Notes: generated from the letters alone by a model not told the origin. DNA of 58,138 bases, filler included, from Circinaria calcarea (GCA_051942165.1; 5 parts of 5 records of this genome joined end to end with filler, not necessarily neighbours in it); one strand, 5' to 3'. Shown: positions 23,304 to 46,347, counted from the whole stretch's first letter. Translations and numbers: made by a program.

Positions 23304-24071
23304 GTTGGGGGGTGGGGGGGGGGAAGCTGGTTTGTTTGTGACAATCGTTCTCTGGTGTGATGGAGGAAGTTGGAAGTTGGGAGCCATAGCCAGGGTGATG
23401 ATTGGGATAGGAGAGAGCGAAAGGAATGAAATTTTTTTTATTAGAACAAATTCAACTAGACGATACAAGTGCTGTCACACGGATGAAGGTCAGAGCTCTT
23501 TCATGTTGTGTTAGGGCCTGTTTAACTTTGAAGTGGGTAAATACGATTTGAGTTATTGAGGACGGCGTTAGTGTGGGAAATGAAGTCATTGGTGCGTTGA
23601 TATTAAGAATCGTGCAGAAGAGGAGAGTCGATGGTAACGGGGTTTGGGATGTGTAAGGAGAGGACAATGGTGGTAGTGTATCAGCGGCCGAACGTTCAAG
23701 AGATGGTAATCTAGAATATGTATCAGTTCGACTTTGTACCATGTAGAGTTTCGGCCGTGGTGGAGTGGAGACTGGTAGAAGCTTTAGTATGAGGTATGTT
23801 GTATTGTCATACAAGATCAAGCCAGCAAGCAATACAGGAAGTTTAGTGAGTTTAGCCGGGCTGGCGAACAAGTCAGCGTTGGGATTCTCGATCTTTTTAA
23901 GCATAAAGGCGGTGCTAACAGAGATTGAATTGGCCGAGTGTGACGGGCCCGTGGATCATAAGACCTCCAGCGAGTCCTCTCATACGACCGAGAACGAATA
24001 CCCTACCCTCATTGACCTCGGCTTCCCTAAACCTCGAACCATTTCATCACCGTCATCAGCTTCCTCCATAT

Positions 24072-25412
24072 CTATGTCTGTGTCGGTCTGCTCTCGGTTG
24101 TCGACGCGTCGCCATCCTCGCTTCTCTCCATCTCAGCATCTACATTGAGCGGAGACGCTTCCTGTGCAGAAGCATCTTCATCGTCTGAGAAACCCTCCCA
24201 GCTTTCCGCGTCGTCCTCAGCGTTCTCATCCTCTTCATCTTCAACAATGCGCTGCCTTCTGTGGGCGCTGGTTCTTCGCGACCTCCGCGGGGATGAGGTT
24301 GGACGAGGCATCGGACTCGGTGACACCTGATCCAAACGACGACTATCATCGCGCCGACTGGGATGGTTAAGCCCAGCGAATGGGCTCGGACGTGGTGAAG
24401 GCGAGGAGTCGATGGTGTCGAGCTCCAGCTCATCATCATCGTGTGCTCCGCCTCCCAAGCTTCTCTCCGATGAATCCCCGTTGGTAGTATGGGTGGTAGA
24501 GATGGAACCCCTACCCTGGATGATGCATTCGTGGATCCATCTGCGGGACGAAGGGGGAAGACAGTCGAGAGGAGGAACCCTCAGATTCAGAAGGTTGTTT
24601 GGCGTGGCGGCGTCTCTTACGCATTCCTTCAACCAAACCCTTGACCAGTGTGGCAAAGCACTGAGGGAGGGTAGATTGATTTTGTTAGGATCGCTCGTCG
24701 CTGAGCTCCACCAATGTGGCTTCAAGTGGTTGGGAAGGAATAGCCAGTGAGGAAGCTGCTGGTCCTGTGCGAGATCTTGAAGGTATGCCATGAGATCAAG
24801 GATAGCGGTCAAACCAGCCTCTGGGGTGTTGAGTTGCCCGTTGACCAAGAACGAGTTCCACGGGAGAGGTCGCGTGGGGAACAGTGGGTTGCCCACAGCC
24901 CAAGCAGGTGTCACCAATTCCCTAGTGGCGTAATCAACCTGGAGCATGGTATTGAAATCAACGCCATCAGTGGTGTATTGCTCAGCTGTCAGACAGTCAA
25001 GAACGGTGATTCTGAATGTCTTCTGCACCCAGCAAAAGATACCAAGGGGGAGTCGGACTTCCCGCATCCGCTTCATGTTCAAGGCGTTCCGGTTAGGTAC
25101 AGAAACGCCTGGAGCCATCCGGACCTCGATATCTGCATACAAGCACTGAGGATGGAATCGGTTCCAAGTCTCTATCTCCACTGCTGAAGGACAAGTGTTG
25201 AATCTTCGTGGCAGCCATGGGAAATCCTGGTAGGTCTCTCCGTTTGGCCCGTAAAATATTTGCCCGTTCGGGAGGCAAAGAGGAGGATATCGAACTAATC
25301 CATACGTCGTCGGAGCTTGTAGACGATAGAGGATAGGATCTAAGTTGTTGGCAGCCTGCTGGTTCGTCATCCTCTCTTTGTATATCAACTGATCATAAAT
25401 ATTAGCTTTCAT
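24072..25412 (-). CDS. Hypothetical 446-aa protein, paralog of 28465-30940
   Basis: Long intact ORF. The N-terminal ~290 aa share blocks with the neighbouring gene; the C-terminus is acidic and low complexity. Confidence 0.75.
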   Translation of the reverse strand: MKANIYDQLIYKERMTNQQAANNLDPILYRLQAPTTYGLVRYPPLCLPNGQIFYGPNGETYQDFPWLPRRFNTCPSAVEIETWNRFHPQCLYADIEVRMAPGVSVPNRNALNMKRMREVRLPLGIFCWVQKTFRITVLDCLTAEQYTTDGVDFNTMLQVDYATRELVTPAWAVGNPLFPTRPLPWNSFLVNGQLNTPEAGLTAILDLMAYLQDLAQDQQLPHWLFLPNHLKPHWWSSATSDPNKINLPSLSALPHWSRVWLKECVRDAATPNNLLNLRVPPLDCLPPSSRRWIHECIIQGRGSISTTHTTNGDSSERSLGGGAHDDDELELDTIDSSPSPRPSPFAGLNHPSRRDDSRRLDQVSPSPMPRPTSSPRRSRRTSAHRRQRIVEDEEDENAEDDAESWEGFSDDEDASAQEASPLNVDAEMERSEDGDASTTESRPTQT

Positions 25413-27569
25413 CTGAACGGAAGACTACTTGGAAGGCAAACGAACTTACTACAACTTGGTAGATGCCTTCTTTTGTAACAAAATGCTTAAAACTGTATTA
25501 GCAGCACTTTGTAGGGAGTATGACACAGGTCGCAAGTACCGGGGGATACTGGTTGCAGAGTGAAAGGACGCTGTAAGACACAAGTAGAAAGGCTTTTACC
25601 AAAGCCCTGTGCGGACCTACACATCACAAGTGTTATGAGAAAACCAACAGAGAAGGCAACACAGCCGAATGAGACACACGCGAGAATGTGTTGTCTAACC
25701 GACCTTTCCATACAATCCCATTAGTGCAACTCTCTAATCATGTTACACGTCTACTGGAGGAAACGTAGGGAGTACTTCTGTTGCTTACAACATGAGGCAG
25801 CCAATTGAAGATAAATCAACGGCAGAGCTGTGTTTTCATTGCACTGAAATTCTAAAACGAAGAGGCAGAGAAAGTCAACCAATCTCGAAGCTTGGTCGCT
25901 AGATGAGTGTACGCACCGTCGATTGAGAAGCCCATCGACTGCTTTACCTGCTGACTGTTACGATTTGTGGAACAGCAGGAAAGTGTCACTTACAATGGAA
26001 GAGCCCAGTCCATCATATATATCAGCGAATATATCCCTTACTGCACGGGTATGAACACCCACGAAGATTCCAGCAGATACAGATCCGAAGTCAGCCTGTA
26101 TCATAAAGGGCAGGAAGCAGCGTTGAAGCCCAACATATCTTTATGGGTGACCGCTGTGCGGCCCTGTGAAGGCTTATCCATTTCGATTCACTCGATGAGG
26201 AAAATGATATGCAAAATCCACAGCGGTAAAGTCAATGGTTATAACTACTCACCCTACAAGAGCTACAAAATGTGGGAAACACCTGATCGATGGTCGAAAA
26301 GGTATTGCATGAAGAGAATACGGCGGACAATATGCTTGCCGTAAAGACAAACAAGATGAGTACATCAAAGGTACATATCAAAAATATATGCTGGTAGTCA
26401 TTTTGCTAATTACCATAGTGTCCAGGCTTTTTACTGAGCGCGCATAAGCACAGCAGCTACTTAAGGTAAGGTAATTCTGGTTAAAGTACTAGACCATATC
26501 ACGCAAGCGGAGTAATATTTCGACAAAGTAGTGCAATACGTAAACCATCTCGAGCATGCTATGGAGATGATGGGATTACCAATGCAAGAAAGGCGAGAAA
26601 GTAAGAGGGCTAGGCAAGTTGAGGGGGGAATGGGCACAACTGGAGAAGCTGCTCTAGCCAAAGGAGATACTTTTGGATTGAATTCTGTTATTTCATTTGG
26701 GAGAGTCTGCATAGATCAATTCAGGAAGCGTAAGCAAAGTGTCTATCCGGGGGGGATTCAATATCTTATAAAGTTCGAGGTTTCGCAAAAGAGTCCATCT
26801 CGGTCCGGGATCGGAAGGCCTGTCTTGGCAGACATATCTTGCATGAAATAAGGGTGGGCGCTTTATTGAACTGTTATATTCTGTACTTAAGTTTGCTTTC
26901 AAGACTACGTAAAAAGACTAATCCATCTAATGTGCTGCATGCGACTTGAGACAAACTGGCTTTGCCAGGCGTTGAGAGTCAGCAACTCCACATCAGCAAT
27001 CAAAGTAGAGCTGTGAGGAAAGAAGGAATGATGCCAGTCAATCAGAAGGACTTTCTCACACAAGCTGTCTGTGTGAGATCAGGAACGGAATGAGGTCAGC
27101 GAGGCTTTGATAGGAAAGAGGTTCATATAGCTTTAGCAAATACTCTATGAAATGATAAACCTATCAAACTGCATTCTTTGCGTTAGTTGGAGCTCAGAAT
27201 TGAGTATTGAGAGAGCTATTACTATGGTACGTGCAATATGATGTTTATTCACCCAATTGTGGCCATAGGCGAAATTTGGTTTAGGATTTCATAGGAGAAT
27301 GACCGGATAAACATGACTCAACATGCAGAGCTCCGCATGACATCGTAATCAGCCACAACTTGGCTTTTGCTTGCATTCTCGAGTCCGAATGGTACATCTA
27401 ATAGTACAACGACAATACCAAAACAGTGCTTATCCTCTCTTTTTGTGTTATAATACTTTCCAAACTGTTGTTTTCGCTCTCAAAACAAGCCCCTCCACCG
27501 TGCAGTCGATGGTGTCTCAGTTACAACTCAAGAGACTGAGGAGAGTGCATCCCTCCCGCTTACGACCAC

Positions 27570-27962
27570 CTAGGGATCTATGATCTTCTCTTCCCCGAGC
27601 GCCTACTTCTGTGGCTCCTCGACATTGATATCTGCTTCCAGGAGTGCTTCCATGGACCCCTTTTCAAAAAGCACTCCCTCCGGTATTTTGGACACCCTCT
27701 TCTTGCGGTATTCCCTGGTTGTTGGTCCCGTCCACATTGCTCATCCCATTATTTCCGCTCTTGCCTTCCTCCTCACCAAGAGATCCGACTCTCCCTCTGC
27801 TTTCCCTGCCGCTATTTCTTCGTTTTTTTCTCGAAGTATAGAACTCTGGTAGTTGTTGGCGGTGTGGGTAGGAAAGCCGTATGCAAAATTAATATCCAGC
27901 GTAAATCGCAGGAACGTAACTTCAGGGCGGTCGGTTTCAACTTCGAGATATTTATAAGCATT
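27570..27962 (-). pseudogene. Possible decayed coding fragment
   Basis: ~130 codons of protein-like sequence (NAYKYLEVETDRPEVTFLRFTLDINFAYGF...KARAEIMG*AMWTGPTTREYRKKRV...EEPQK*ALGEEK) broken by TGA at 27741-43 and TAG at 27603-05, each one C-to-T change from CGA or CAG. Family not recognised. Confidence 0.35.
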
Positions 27963-28464
27963 TACACTATTAATATAATTGTAGAAGAAGGGCTATCGTA
28001 AATTTTCTACTGATCTATGATAAGGGACAAAGCAAGGACGTCCCAATAGAGTTGCTTAGGGCTCCCACGCAATATTGTTATCCCGCCACCGTACCCAGTA
28101 CCATAGCTAAAATCGAAAACCTCATCTCTTCCAGTAATCAAATCAGCTGTAAGAATACGGCATCAATATCTTTGTTCTTTTCATTGAACAAGATGTTTCT
28201 ATGATCTCGAACTATCGCTCGTATCGCTGAGTGTCTGCCATAATATCTCCGGCCCCAAAATGACGTTAGAGCGTACAGTTCAGCAAGGCCGGCTAAGTAC
28301 ACTGAAGAGCGATGCTTCTGTTCAATAAGCACGAGAAAACGACCAAGCAATCTTACACTCAGCCCACAGCGACATCTCAATTGCTGAACGTCAGTATCGC
28401 TCATCATGATCCTACTCCGTCGCGCTACCAAATGCGAGAGTCACAGTCAATTTAATATCACCGC

Positions 28465-30940
28465 CTAGGTGCAATAATCCCCATCTTGAACCCAGTCCTC
28501 CCAAGAGACCCCATCGGGAATCAGGTCTTGTGAAAAATCATCCAAATCTTCCTGTGTTTGCTCGGCCATGGAATTTCCTACGTGACGGACAACATCATTG
28601 ACATAGCTGTGCTGCCCTAAAGATGGTATGCCTCCTGTGGTAATGTTCGCATCTGTCGCAATAGTGTCGCCTCGTACTTTATCACTGTCTCCTAAGTTGA
28701 ATTCGCTACTCGTACCAAGCGAGCTGATCTCTCCCCCTATCCTGAAGCTATTTGTTTCTGCTCCATGATTGAAGGACAATCGACTTGGGTCCCTAATGCG
28801 ACCGGGAACTTCAGTGTTTCCAAGGATCGTCTCATCTCCAGGGCTCTGAGGTTGCTCATACTCCAGCAATTGGAACTGATCTGTTGATGTGGGGTCGTAA
28901 GTGCCGTATGAGAGGGGGAATTGAAAGTTCTCCGGGTAGGCGAGTAGAGGACTGCTAGGAATCTCATAATCTGAAGCGGTCAAGCTGCATCCTATTGAGG
29001 TCTCCTGAAAGACCGGAGGTCGAGATCGCTCATCATCAGAGGTCGGAGTGTTTTCGGATATTTGCATTGTGTCACCAGGAAAGAGGTCAGCTGCTATGCC
29101 CCTGCCATATCGTTGAGACGTGCCTGGTAGGCCAGGCGTTTGAGAGACGGATGGCCCTTCGCTGAGACCTCTTCCAATGGTGTAAGCTTCAGTGTTTGCG
29201 GTCCGGTGGATGTACGCTTCAACGGCATTCCCTTCATTGGTGTACTCTGTGTCAGGGTAATTCTTAACGGTGATTCCGCTGTTGACATTCAGTCCAATCA
29301 CCTTCATTCGTTTCGTGCAGTCTCTATTGACATAACCCCCGAGACTCGGTTCGAAGCTGTCTTCTCCTCGCTTGATCCTATCTTCTTCGCGGTCTGCCCC
29401 TTCTTCCTCGTCATTGTAGAGCGCAGACTCACCACGCATAGAGTGAGCGACTTCACGTTGAAGCTTAGGTCGCTTTTGGGGACCTTCATTACATTCTTGT
29501 TTTCTCTTCTTAACGTCCAACTTTGCGGTGGGTATTTGGTGAGAATCATTGCTTGTCGCTACTAAAGGGTTTTCATCTGTGGTCTCATATCGAACCCGCT
29601 TACTTGGTCTATCAATTGTGGATTGTTTGCGCTTTTGCCTGTTCAAAGGCGCCGAAGATGGCTGATAGACAGTTTGAGCGAGGTGGCCGTGCGATGCCAT
29701 GGGATTTTCTGCAGGGGATGTATTTCTATCCTGTCTGTACAGAATTGGGTCAAGATCTGTCCTGATCGGAGCTGCCCGTAGTGGAGCTGTTACCGACCGT
29801 CCTGTCATTGTTTGAGCTGGAGTCGCTAAATCTGCTCTTCTATGAGCTGCTATCGCTGGATACCCTCCCTCGAAGCTCGTGTTGGAGCTCGATGGTGCCC
29901 TATCGGCTGTTGCTGATGCTGGATTCGTTCTTCCTGTCGCTGGTATATGAATCAGAGCCTGGGCTCTTCCCTGTCGGATGGATTCGTTGACCCAACGGCG
30001 GCTATGCGCTGGCAGTATGCTGACATCAGGCACATTCATACCACTCTGCCCCGATGCAGCTTCGACAATTTGCTCTTTTATCCATTCCAATGCATTACTT
30101 GGGATATCAGGCACATCTGGAAGCGTCACGTCTTCCGGATCAGATCCCAAATGGCGTTGCGATTTCGCTTTCTCCATCCACTCCTTGGGTTTAAACTTGT
30201 TCGGCATCAGGATCCAGTGTGCGTATCCCTTCTCGAACGCCTCTATTTGCAACACATTTATCTGCGCCAGGGTGTCCATGAAGCGCTGACTTGGGGTATG
30301 TAATTCGCCATTCGTTAAGAAAGTGTCAAAGGGAAGGTACTTCGCGACGGTTGTAGTACCGGGTACTAATACTTCGATGCCTAGGCTGTCAACAAGTACA
30401 CAAGAGGTATTGTGTTTGACCGATGACCAGCAAAGCGACTTAATGAGCAGGTAGTCTCTCTGGCATGGTTGACTGGTCCGCCTCGTCCAGCATGCTGCGT
30501 TTGTCTTATTGCGGTACCGTCTGCAGCGTTGACTTATCGCAGTGGCACTCAACAGCTTCTTACCTTTATGCTGCATGCGTACATGAAGATCTCTGACCTC
30601 AATTCGAGGGTCATATCGGTCCTTATACATTTCTAGGCTATACGCCTCCGGAGAAATTGATATTTGGCTTGGAAGGCATGAAAATGCTTTATACTCCTTT
30701 CCTTTTGCGTCCACCCTGGTGTTGCCGTATTGGTCCAATAAAGGTGGAAGTGGACCCAGACCCCAATCTAGAGGGGGTTCAAGTTGGAATATAAGATTTG
30801 GTGGATTGTTCGGTGACCAAGTTGCTTCCAGTGGGTGTGGTGCGGTACGGAAAGCGTTAGTGGATGCTGTAAAGGTAGGAACAAGTGGTTAGTAAGAGTC
30901 TATGGCTAGTTACATTATTGGTTCAGAGGGACTCACCCAT
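28465..30940 (-). CDS. Hypothetical ~800-aa protein, paralog of 24072-25412; probable 4-nt first coding exon (ATGG) and intron 30867-30936
   Basis: ORF 28465-30738 extends upstream without stops to a CAG acceptor at 30867; intron GTGAGT...ACTAAC...CAG. Confidence 0.75.
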
Positions 30941-33844
30941 TTCTCTGATGATCACTATGCTTATCAAAAGCAGCAGCCAAAGAATCAGGAACATCAACTG
31001 TTCACTTAATTGGTCCAGTGGAAGTGTTAGAAGTCTAGCGAGCAGATTTCAACTATCGAATTTGTCAGAAGTGCAATAAGGAAAAGCAGAGGAAAGTTCT
31101 TCTCCTTGCTAATCACGCTTTACTCACCTGGAATCTTGCTCGTTATTAGCTCTTTTGTGGCGTGTTATCTGGGCTTGACCTATACGTCCTCGAACTGGTT
31201 GCCTGCGCACAGCTTGCGAACAAAGGTAGGGGGGGGATTTCGAATTTCCAACCAATTCTGATTGCGGTGTTTACCTGGCTAGGTTGGACGCTTTCCAGAA
31301 TTGAGTTTTGCAACTCCAGACGTCGAAGTATGTCTAAACATACGGGTTCACTCAAGTCTTTCAGTTCTAAAGACTTGTAGAGGTTGCAAGTCTCGAGATT
31401 GAAGATACAAGATGATAAAGTCGTGTTGCAGCAATGGCAACGATATATTAACGTACCGCGCTTTCTACCTCGCTTAAAGAAACCCCAAGCTTTCCTTAGC
31501 GTCTTGGCATGTAACGCGCAGGGCTTTACTACGATGAATGGCTAAGTGTTTGAGTATGGTGTTGATATTGTTTAGTGGATATTGTAATTGAGAATCTAAG
31601 TATGCTTAAAGCAAGAAGAAATGTAGGCCCGAGGAGATGAGCTGAAGAGGGCGCACTTCAACGCTGTACGGTACAGTATATCCGAGTATTGATCGCAATG
31701 GTAATCGCTCCCTAACGAAACTCGCCAACAAATTATCCAGACTATCCTGATGCTGTGGATTTCTTCATATGGCATATGATCGCAGCCCCGCCTGAGACTC
31801 CTCCCTCACAGGATTTGCATAGATGAGAGCCATCCATTGCCGGATCTCTGCGTATATCGTTTGTTGAGAAAGACGCCGCGAGTATACTTGCGAGGTCAAC
31901 TTAACTGACATTCGAATCTGCCTTGTGCTTGATGATTTGTCTGTGCTCAGTCTGTTCTCTTTTGTGCTGATGATTGATATGACCGTTAGGGCAATTCTTG
32001 ATCCACATCTCTTTTCTCACGTTTACCTCAAGGATTCTTGAAAGCATTATCCAGCATGCAACCTTGACGTATCCGAGCCTGAGGACAAAGCCTAAAAGGA
32101 GCATCACCGGGCAAAGCAGCCACTGATTGCTACAGAATGGATTTTAGAAAAGAAGATATAAATACATGGATTTCCAAAGTTCCCGCAAATCTACCAACGA
32201 GTCCGACTCCTCAGGTAAGCATGGAGAATGTATTTCAGTTTAATATCGTCATTCCAAGTCTTATTGGTCCCTATAACCAGAAAGGGTAATCTGGCTTCAG
32301 AAGGAGCCACTGCAAATCTCCAATTAATAAGAGAAATATAGGGGTGCTAAGATAAAGCTTTAATAGACTTGAGTATCACGAATTCCTATTCGATCTTCTG
32401 CTAATGAGAATATTAAAACCTTCCACTTGTTGTAAAGCCATCTCCTCATATATACGTAAATTCCTGTTTGACGCTAAATAAGTAACAGCGTCGTCAGTAA
32501 TGAAGTCACATCGTGTCCCAGTTAAGGAGCGCCGAGCCTGTAAGTAAATTTGAGCTTCTTAGCCTTCCTAGGTCTGTCTTCAGTCGCATCTCTTTCAACC
32601 TGTTTTGATGCTAGTCTCTACTTTATCTCCATTATTTTCAAACATTCATCAGCCGATTCTTGTCTATTGTTCCTCTGACTGACATATGGTAGCCCTAAGC
32701 TCGCCCTTCTTTTGCAGGCGTCAATGGTACTCCTTTACTCTTTTGCATCCTGGTGATCCTAAATTATCATAATCCTTGAGGTTCGATTTCCAACCACTCT
32801 CTCCAAAGGAACAGAAATCGTTGCTCTCGTAGGCTAAGATTGGGTACAAAAGCCTTTGGGATGCCTTGACTGTATCGCCGTCTGATTCTGTCACGTCCGA
32901 GGGCCAATGTGATTCCTACATCCACTGTGGGCTAACAGAATTCCATCGACATGGGAAATATCTGCAGATAGATGAGCACATGAGAGAGTAATATAAGGAA
33001 CTATTTACACCAAAAGATTGTAAACTTACGTTACGGACTCCTTATGCCAGTGATCAAATATATAGCTGACATGCATTGCAAGATCGGTTTACTTTCCCAG
33101 ATGACCAGATTCGCAGATGATTGAATCTCTACGCTTCGGCAAACCTTGTGAAGCGCCACGTGAGTCCCCTTATTACAGCAACAGTTGCTTGAGCAAACAG
33201 AACCCAAGTATTTAATGGCTCCATCATTCGGGTGGGACAAAGGGGGCAATTATTGTAGAAAAGCATTAATGCAGCTAAAACACGCATACCACGAACCGAG
33301 AGATGAACCGTATATTATATACGTTAACCACCTTAGAGATAGCATGAGTATGCATAATGGTGGCAGAATTCTGCCAGAGCCAGCAGTATGGCTGGACGGC
33401 TGCGTTATGGAGCTAACAGAGAAACTATACCATAATCCTAGCGCGCACACTTTGGCTACTTAATCCCCAGCACTCCCAATATAAATACGTAAGTCTCCCA
33501 TCACAGCAATCGCGGCCCATAGACGCTCATGAGCTTGATATTATATAAGAAGACGCAGAGCCTGTTCTGCTTGCTTCAATTTTTCTGCCCGTTGCAGACC
33601 AAGTCACTGATATGATTCTAGGCTATGGTCTGTGCACATACTAAGTTGTACCTTTCAGGAAATAGCTTTTTGCCAAGTACGGGCTGATACCTTCGGATGA
33701 ACAATCCCCGCTGCCACCAACTCTTTACTCGGGGCACAAAGAAGCCTCTCGAGCGTGAAATGCTGGAAGATGAAGCTCGGATTCCTTTTGCAAAGTTTCA
33801 ACCCTCGTGCTGATTCCTAGTCCTCGCTCAAAGTAATTCCTGCC

Positions 33845-34852
33845 ATGTCGGACTTTTCCCCGTCTCTCAGTCCTGTCCTCATCACCGGCGGCTGTGGCTT
33901 TATCGGCTATCATCTTGTGAAGCATCTTCTCGCGTTGGACTCAAGCTGTCAAATTCATGTTTTGGATGTTAACACAAGTCGCAACCTTTTCCCTTCTGTG
34001 ATCTACCATACCTGCGATATCTCCTCTGCTGAAGCAGTGGCGAAGGTGATGCGAGATGCTCAGCCTCGCGTTATCTTTCACATAGCCAGCCCAGACTCCA
34101 CGGTCATCGTTCCCAGCCTGTTTGAAAAGGTCAACGTCGGCGGGACCCACAATCTACTCTCCTCTGCTACCCAGCTTGGCACGGTACAAGCGCTCGTTTA
34201 CACCTCCACCTCATCTGTCATCCATGACAACCTCACCGACCTACTCAGCGCTGACGAAACCATACTCATTCTCCGACCACCCGTCCAAAAGCGCGTCTAC
34301 ACCCTAACAAAGGCAACCGCGGAAGAGGACGTCCTTGCGGCAAACCGTAAAGAAGGCAATAACTCAATGCTCACCGTCTCCCTCCGGCCCGCCACAGCAT
34401 TCGGCGAGAAGGACACTGTTTGCATGGGGAAAATGCTTTCTGTGGCCAAAAATGGTAAGGCAAGGTTTCAAATGGGCAACGGTAAGAACATCTATGACTT
34501 CATATACGTGGGCAATCTTGCAGACGCGCATATATTGGCTGCGCAGGCTTTAGTCAAGGCGTATGGAAGTCCTCCACCACCGTCAGCCCAAAGAGTCGAC
34601 GGTGAGAATTTCAACATTACCAACAACGAGCCGGTTCTGTTCTGGAAGTTCACAAGGAAGCTCGCGGCTACAGCAGGGTATCCTGTGAAGAAAGAGGAGA
34701 TTATCGTGATCCCCACCATTGTAGGACTGATCATGGGTTGGATTGGTGAGTTGATAGTCTGGATACTGTCGAGAGGCAGAGAACAGCCAAACATGACAAG
34801 GGAAGGAATCCGTCTTAGTACCATCAATCGGACACTCAACGGGGAGAAAGCG
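33845..34852 (+). CDS. ERG26: 3-beta-hydroxysteroid dehydrogenase / sterol-4-alpha-carboxylate 3-dehydrogenase (Erg26-like), truncated by contig end
   Basis: TGGCGFIG Rossmann motif, HIASP, VNVGGT, YTSTSSV, YTLTKA (YxxxK), DFIYVGNLADAHILAA. Could be a secondary-metabolism paralog rather than the ortholog. Confidence 0.82.
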
Positions 34853-34952
34853 NNNNNNNNNNNNNNNNNNNNNNNNNNNNNNNNNNNNNNNNNNNNTTAA
34901 TTAATTAANNNNNNNNNNNNNNNNNNNNNNNNNNNNNNNNNNNNNNNNNNNN
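34853..34952. other. Artificial contig-concatenation linker
   Basis: N44-TTAATTAATTAA-N44. Confidence 0.98.
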
Positions 34953-35732
34953 TATTTTACGGTGAGTTAGATAAACTAAAGGCAGATGTTATTAAGCCTA
35001 ATAGATCTAAAAATGAATGTAGTTTTATGGTCGGTTATCCCAATAGACCGAAACTTCTTTTTGATTAAGCAAAAAAAGCGCGATTACAGAATAAAACTTT
35101 CGACTAGAAAATGCGTTTTCTCCCGTCGTCGAAAGGAAGAAAATTAGATGAGAATAAATGAGATTCTTTCATCCAAAGGTATCTTTCCTTCATAACGTCC
35201 CGACTAGGAATTTGGGATATGCCCTGTTCCCCCCCGTGCAATTTTCTTTAAGTTAAAAACAAAAAAGAAGATAACCTTAGCTTTAAACAAAAACGTCTTT
35301 TGTTCTTCTCTTCTAAACCTTAATTTTTATTAAGGTGGCCATCATTTTCGCTATATAAGCGGATTAGTCCAAAACTAGTTATCAACTGGTTGGCAGTCAG
35401 CCAGCAGAAAATGGGAGATTATATATATATATATATATTAAACCAGTTAACTGGTTTAAATAAGTCTAAAAGTATCTAAAATATATATAATTTATATACT
35501 ATACTTATAAATGTTTCCGCGGGTATAATATTCTCATTGTTAGATATTTATGCATTGTTTTATTATACTCTGACCCTTTCCTTGCATATTTACCGGAGAA
35601 AATTCCAAAAGTTGTGATCTTAAAACCTCAATCATTTAGAGCACTTAATTTTTATCATACATTCTATCGTATGTATAACCTAGACTGTTAGGTATCTGGA
35701 TATTACTAGCTCATATTTCTGATAAAGACTGT

Positions 35733-36052
35733 TTAGGACTGTCTCCCAGCGTTTATTTTTAAACCGAAAAAATATTCGGAGACTGTTTCAAATAAAGCTT
35801 GTATCGCTTTAAATATTACTGTCTCTAATGAACCAGATAAGATCAAATCACTTAATATATTTAAATCTAACCCTAGTTTAATTAAATATCGGGTTCTTAT
35901 ACATCATACAATATATATACTAATAACTAGTATGGCTACTCCAAGAAGAGTAAATCTATTAACAAATTTACTCTTAAACATTGAAAATAAAGTCTTTAAA
36001 AGTGGCAGACTTACAAAGTCTGCTGGTGGTTTAGAGGGACTATTTAAACATC
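35733..36052 (-). pseudogene. Displaced, degenerate second copy of the cox1 3' end plus the start of the C-terminal extension
   Basis: Code 4 translation CLNSPSKPPADFVSLPLLKTLFSMFKSKFVNRFTLLGVAILVISIYIVWCIRT...LGLDLNILSDLILSGSL...VSEYF parallels CLNSPPKPHAFVSLPLQSTFFTMFRSKFLNKFTL...IVWYART...LGLDLNILRDTILSGTL...VAEYF at 36975-36695. Confidence 0.88.
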
Positions 36053-45345
<9,293 letters not shown>

Positions 45346-46092
45346 TTACCTTACTTTTTGTGTAATGGTATTAGAAATGGTAGATGGTATAAACTTTATG
45401 AAAGGAAAAGGTTTAATTAACAAAGCAATAACATCCAGAAAAAAAAATTAAACAGAAAGTTATTGTGGAACAAACAAATCCGAAAGAGACTATACCTATA
45501 TTTTAGGGGAATAATAAAAAGTTATTATTCCTTTAGGGACTTTTTTTTTTATAAAAAAAAAGTATAAAAAAAGGATTTATATTTACTTAAAATAAATAAA
45601 CTAGTATTTAAACCTTTTATTTTAATAATTAGATCCCCCTGACCCACCCTCACCAGTTACCTAGCTACTAATCTATTATACACATGATTGCTCATTTTTG
45701 TTTTAGGAGCAATTGTTTAAATAGTATCCATCAAAATCCAAACTACTCTGAACCAATTTTTTGGTTAAAAAATAAAGAATAATTAACAAACCAACTAAAG
45801 TAATAATACAACAAAAAAATGAAAAGGATAATAGGCTTAAACTTTCATTTGTTTATTTATTACGTTTAAAATTTAGCATCTTAGTTCTTAACTAAGAAAG
45901 TTAGATATTTCTATATTTGTGCAAATATTATTATTACTAAAAACTAAGTTAAGTATATCCTTTAAGGATATTACTAATAAATTTTAGTAATTTATACGCC
46001 AGTGTTATTATAATTTTTAGTCTTCTAAAGATATACATGCTTTGTATATAAAAAGGAAGAAAAATGATATAACATAATATAAAAGGAAAATC

Positions 46093-46277
46093 TTATGTAC
46101 GTAGTGCAATTAAGTGTATTAAAACCAAAGCTGCTAAAATAAAAGGTAAAACAAAATGTAAGCAAAAAATCTATTTAAAGTAGCATTGTTAACACTAAAC
46201 CCACCACAAATAAACCCATTTATGCCTTGTTCTATACATCAAAGGCCACTAGTTATTAAATTAGTAATAACTGTTGT
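46093..46277 (-). pseudogene. cob: Degenerate internal fragment of mitochondrial cytochrome b
   Basis: [39 protein letters not shown], a 1-nt deletion at ~46161, then LHFVLPFILAALVLIHLIAL and a stop. Conserved AIPWIG and IWGG are mutated. Confidence 0.85.
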
Positions 46278-46347
46278 ATATTTATAATAAATATACAAAA
46301 GCACAGTATTCTAGAAAATAAGTATAATTACAGCCTAATTGCTTCGA

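Noticed and set aside
23452..23904. 150-aa minus-strand ORF
   Set aside because: No recognisable motif or splice structure; cannot be supported as a gene.
31900..33700. Short ORFs upstream of the ERG26-like gene
   Set aside because: Possibly decayed coding sequence, but no family or consistent exon chain could be identified.
34953..35700. Possible mitochondrial tRNA downstream of cox1
   Set aside because: Only short palindromes (for example AAACCAGTTAACTGGTTT) and an (AT)n run; no cloverleaf with a T-loop found.
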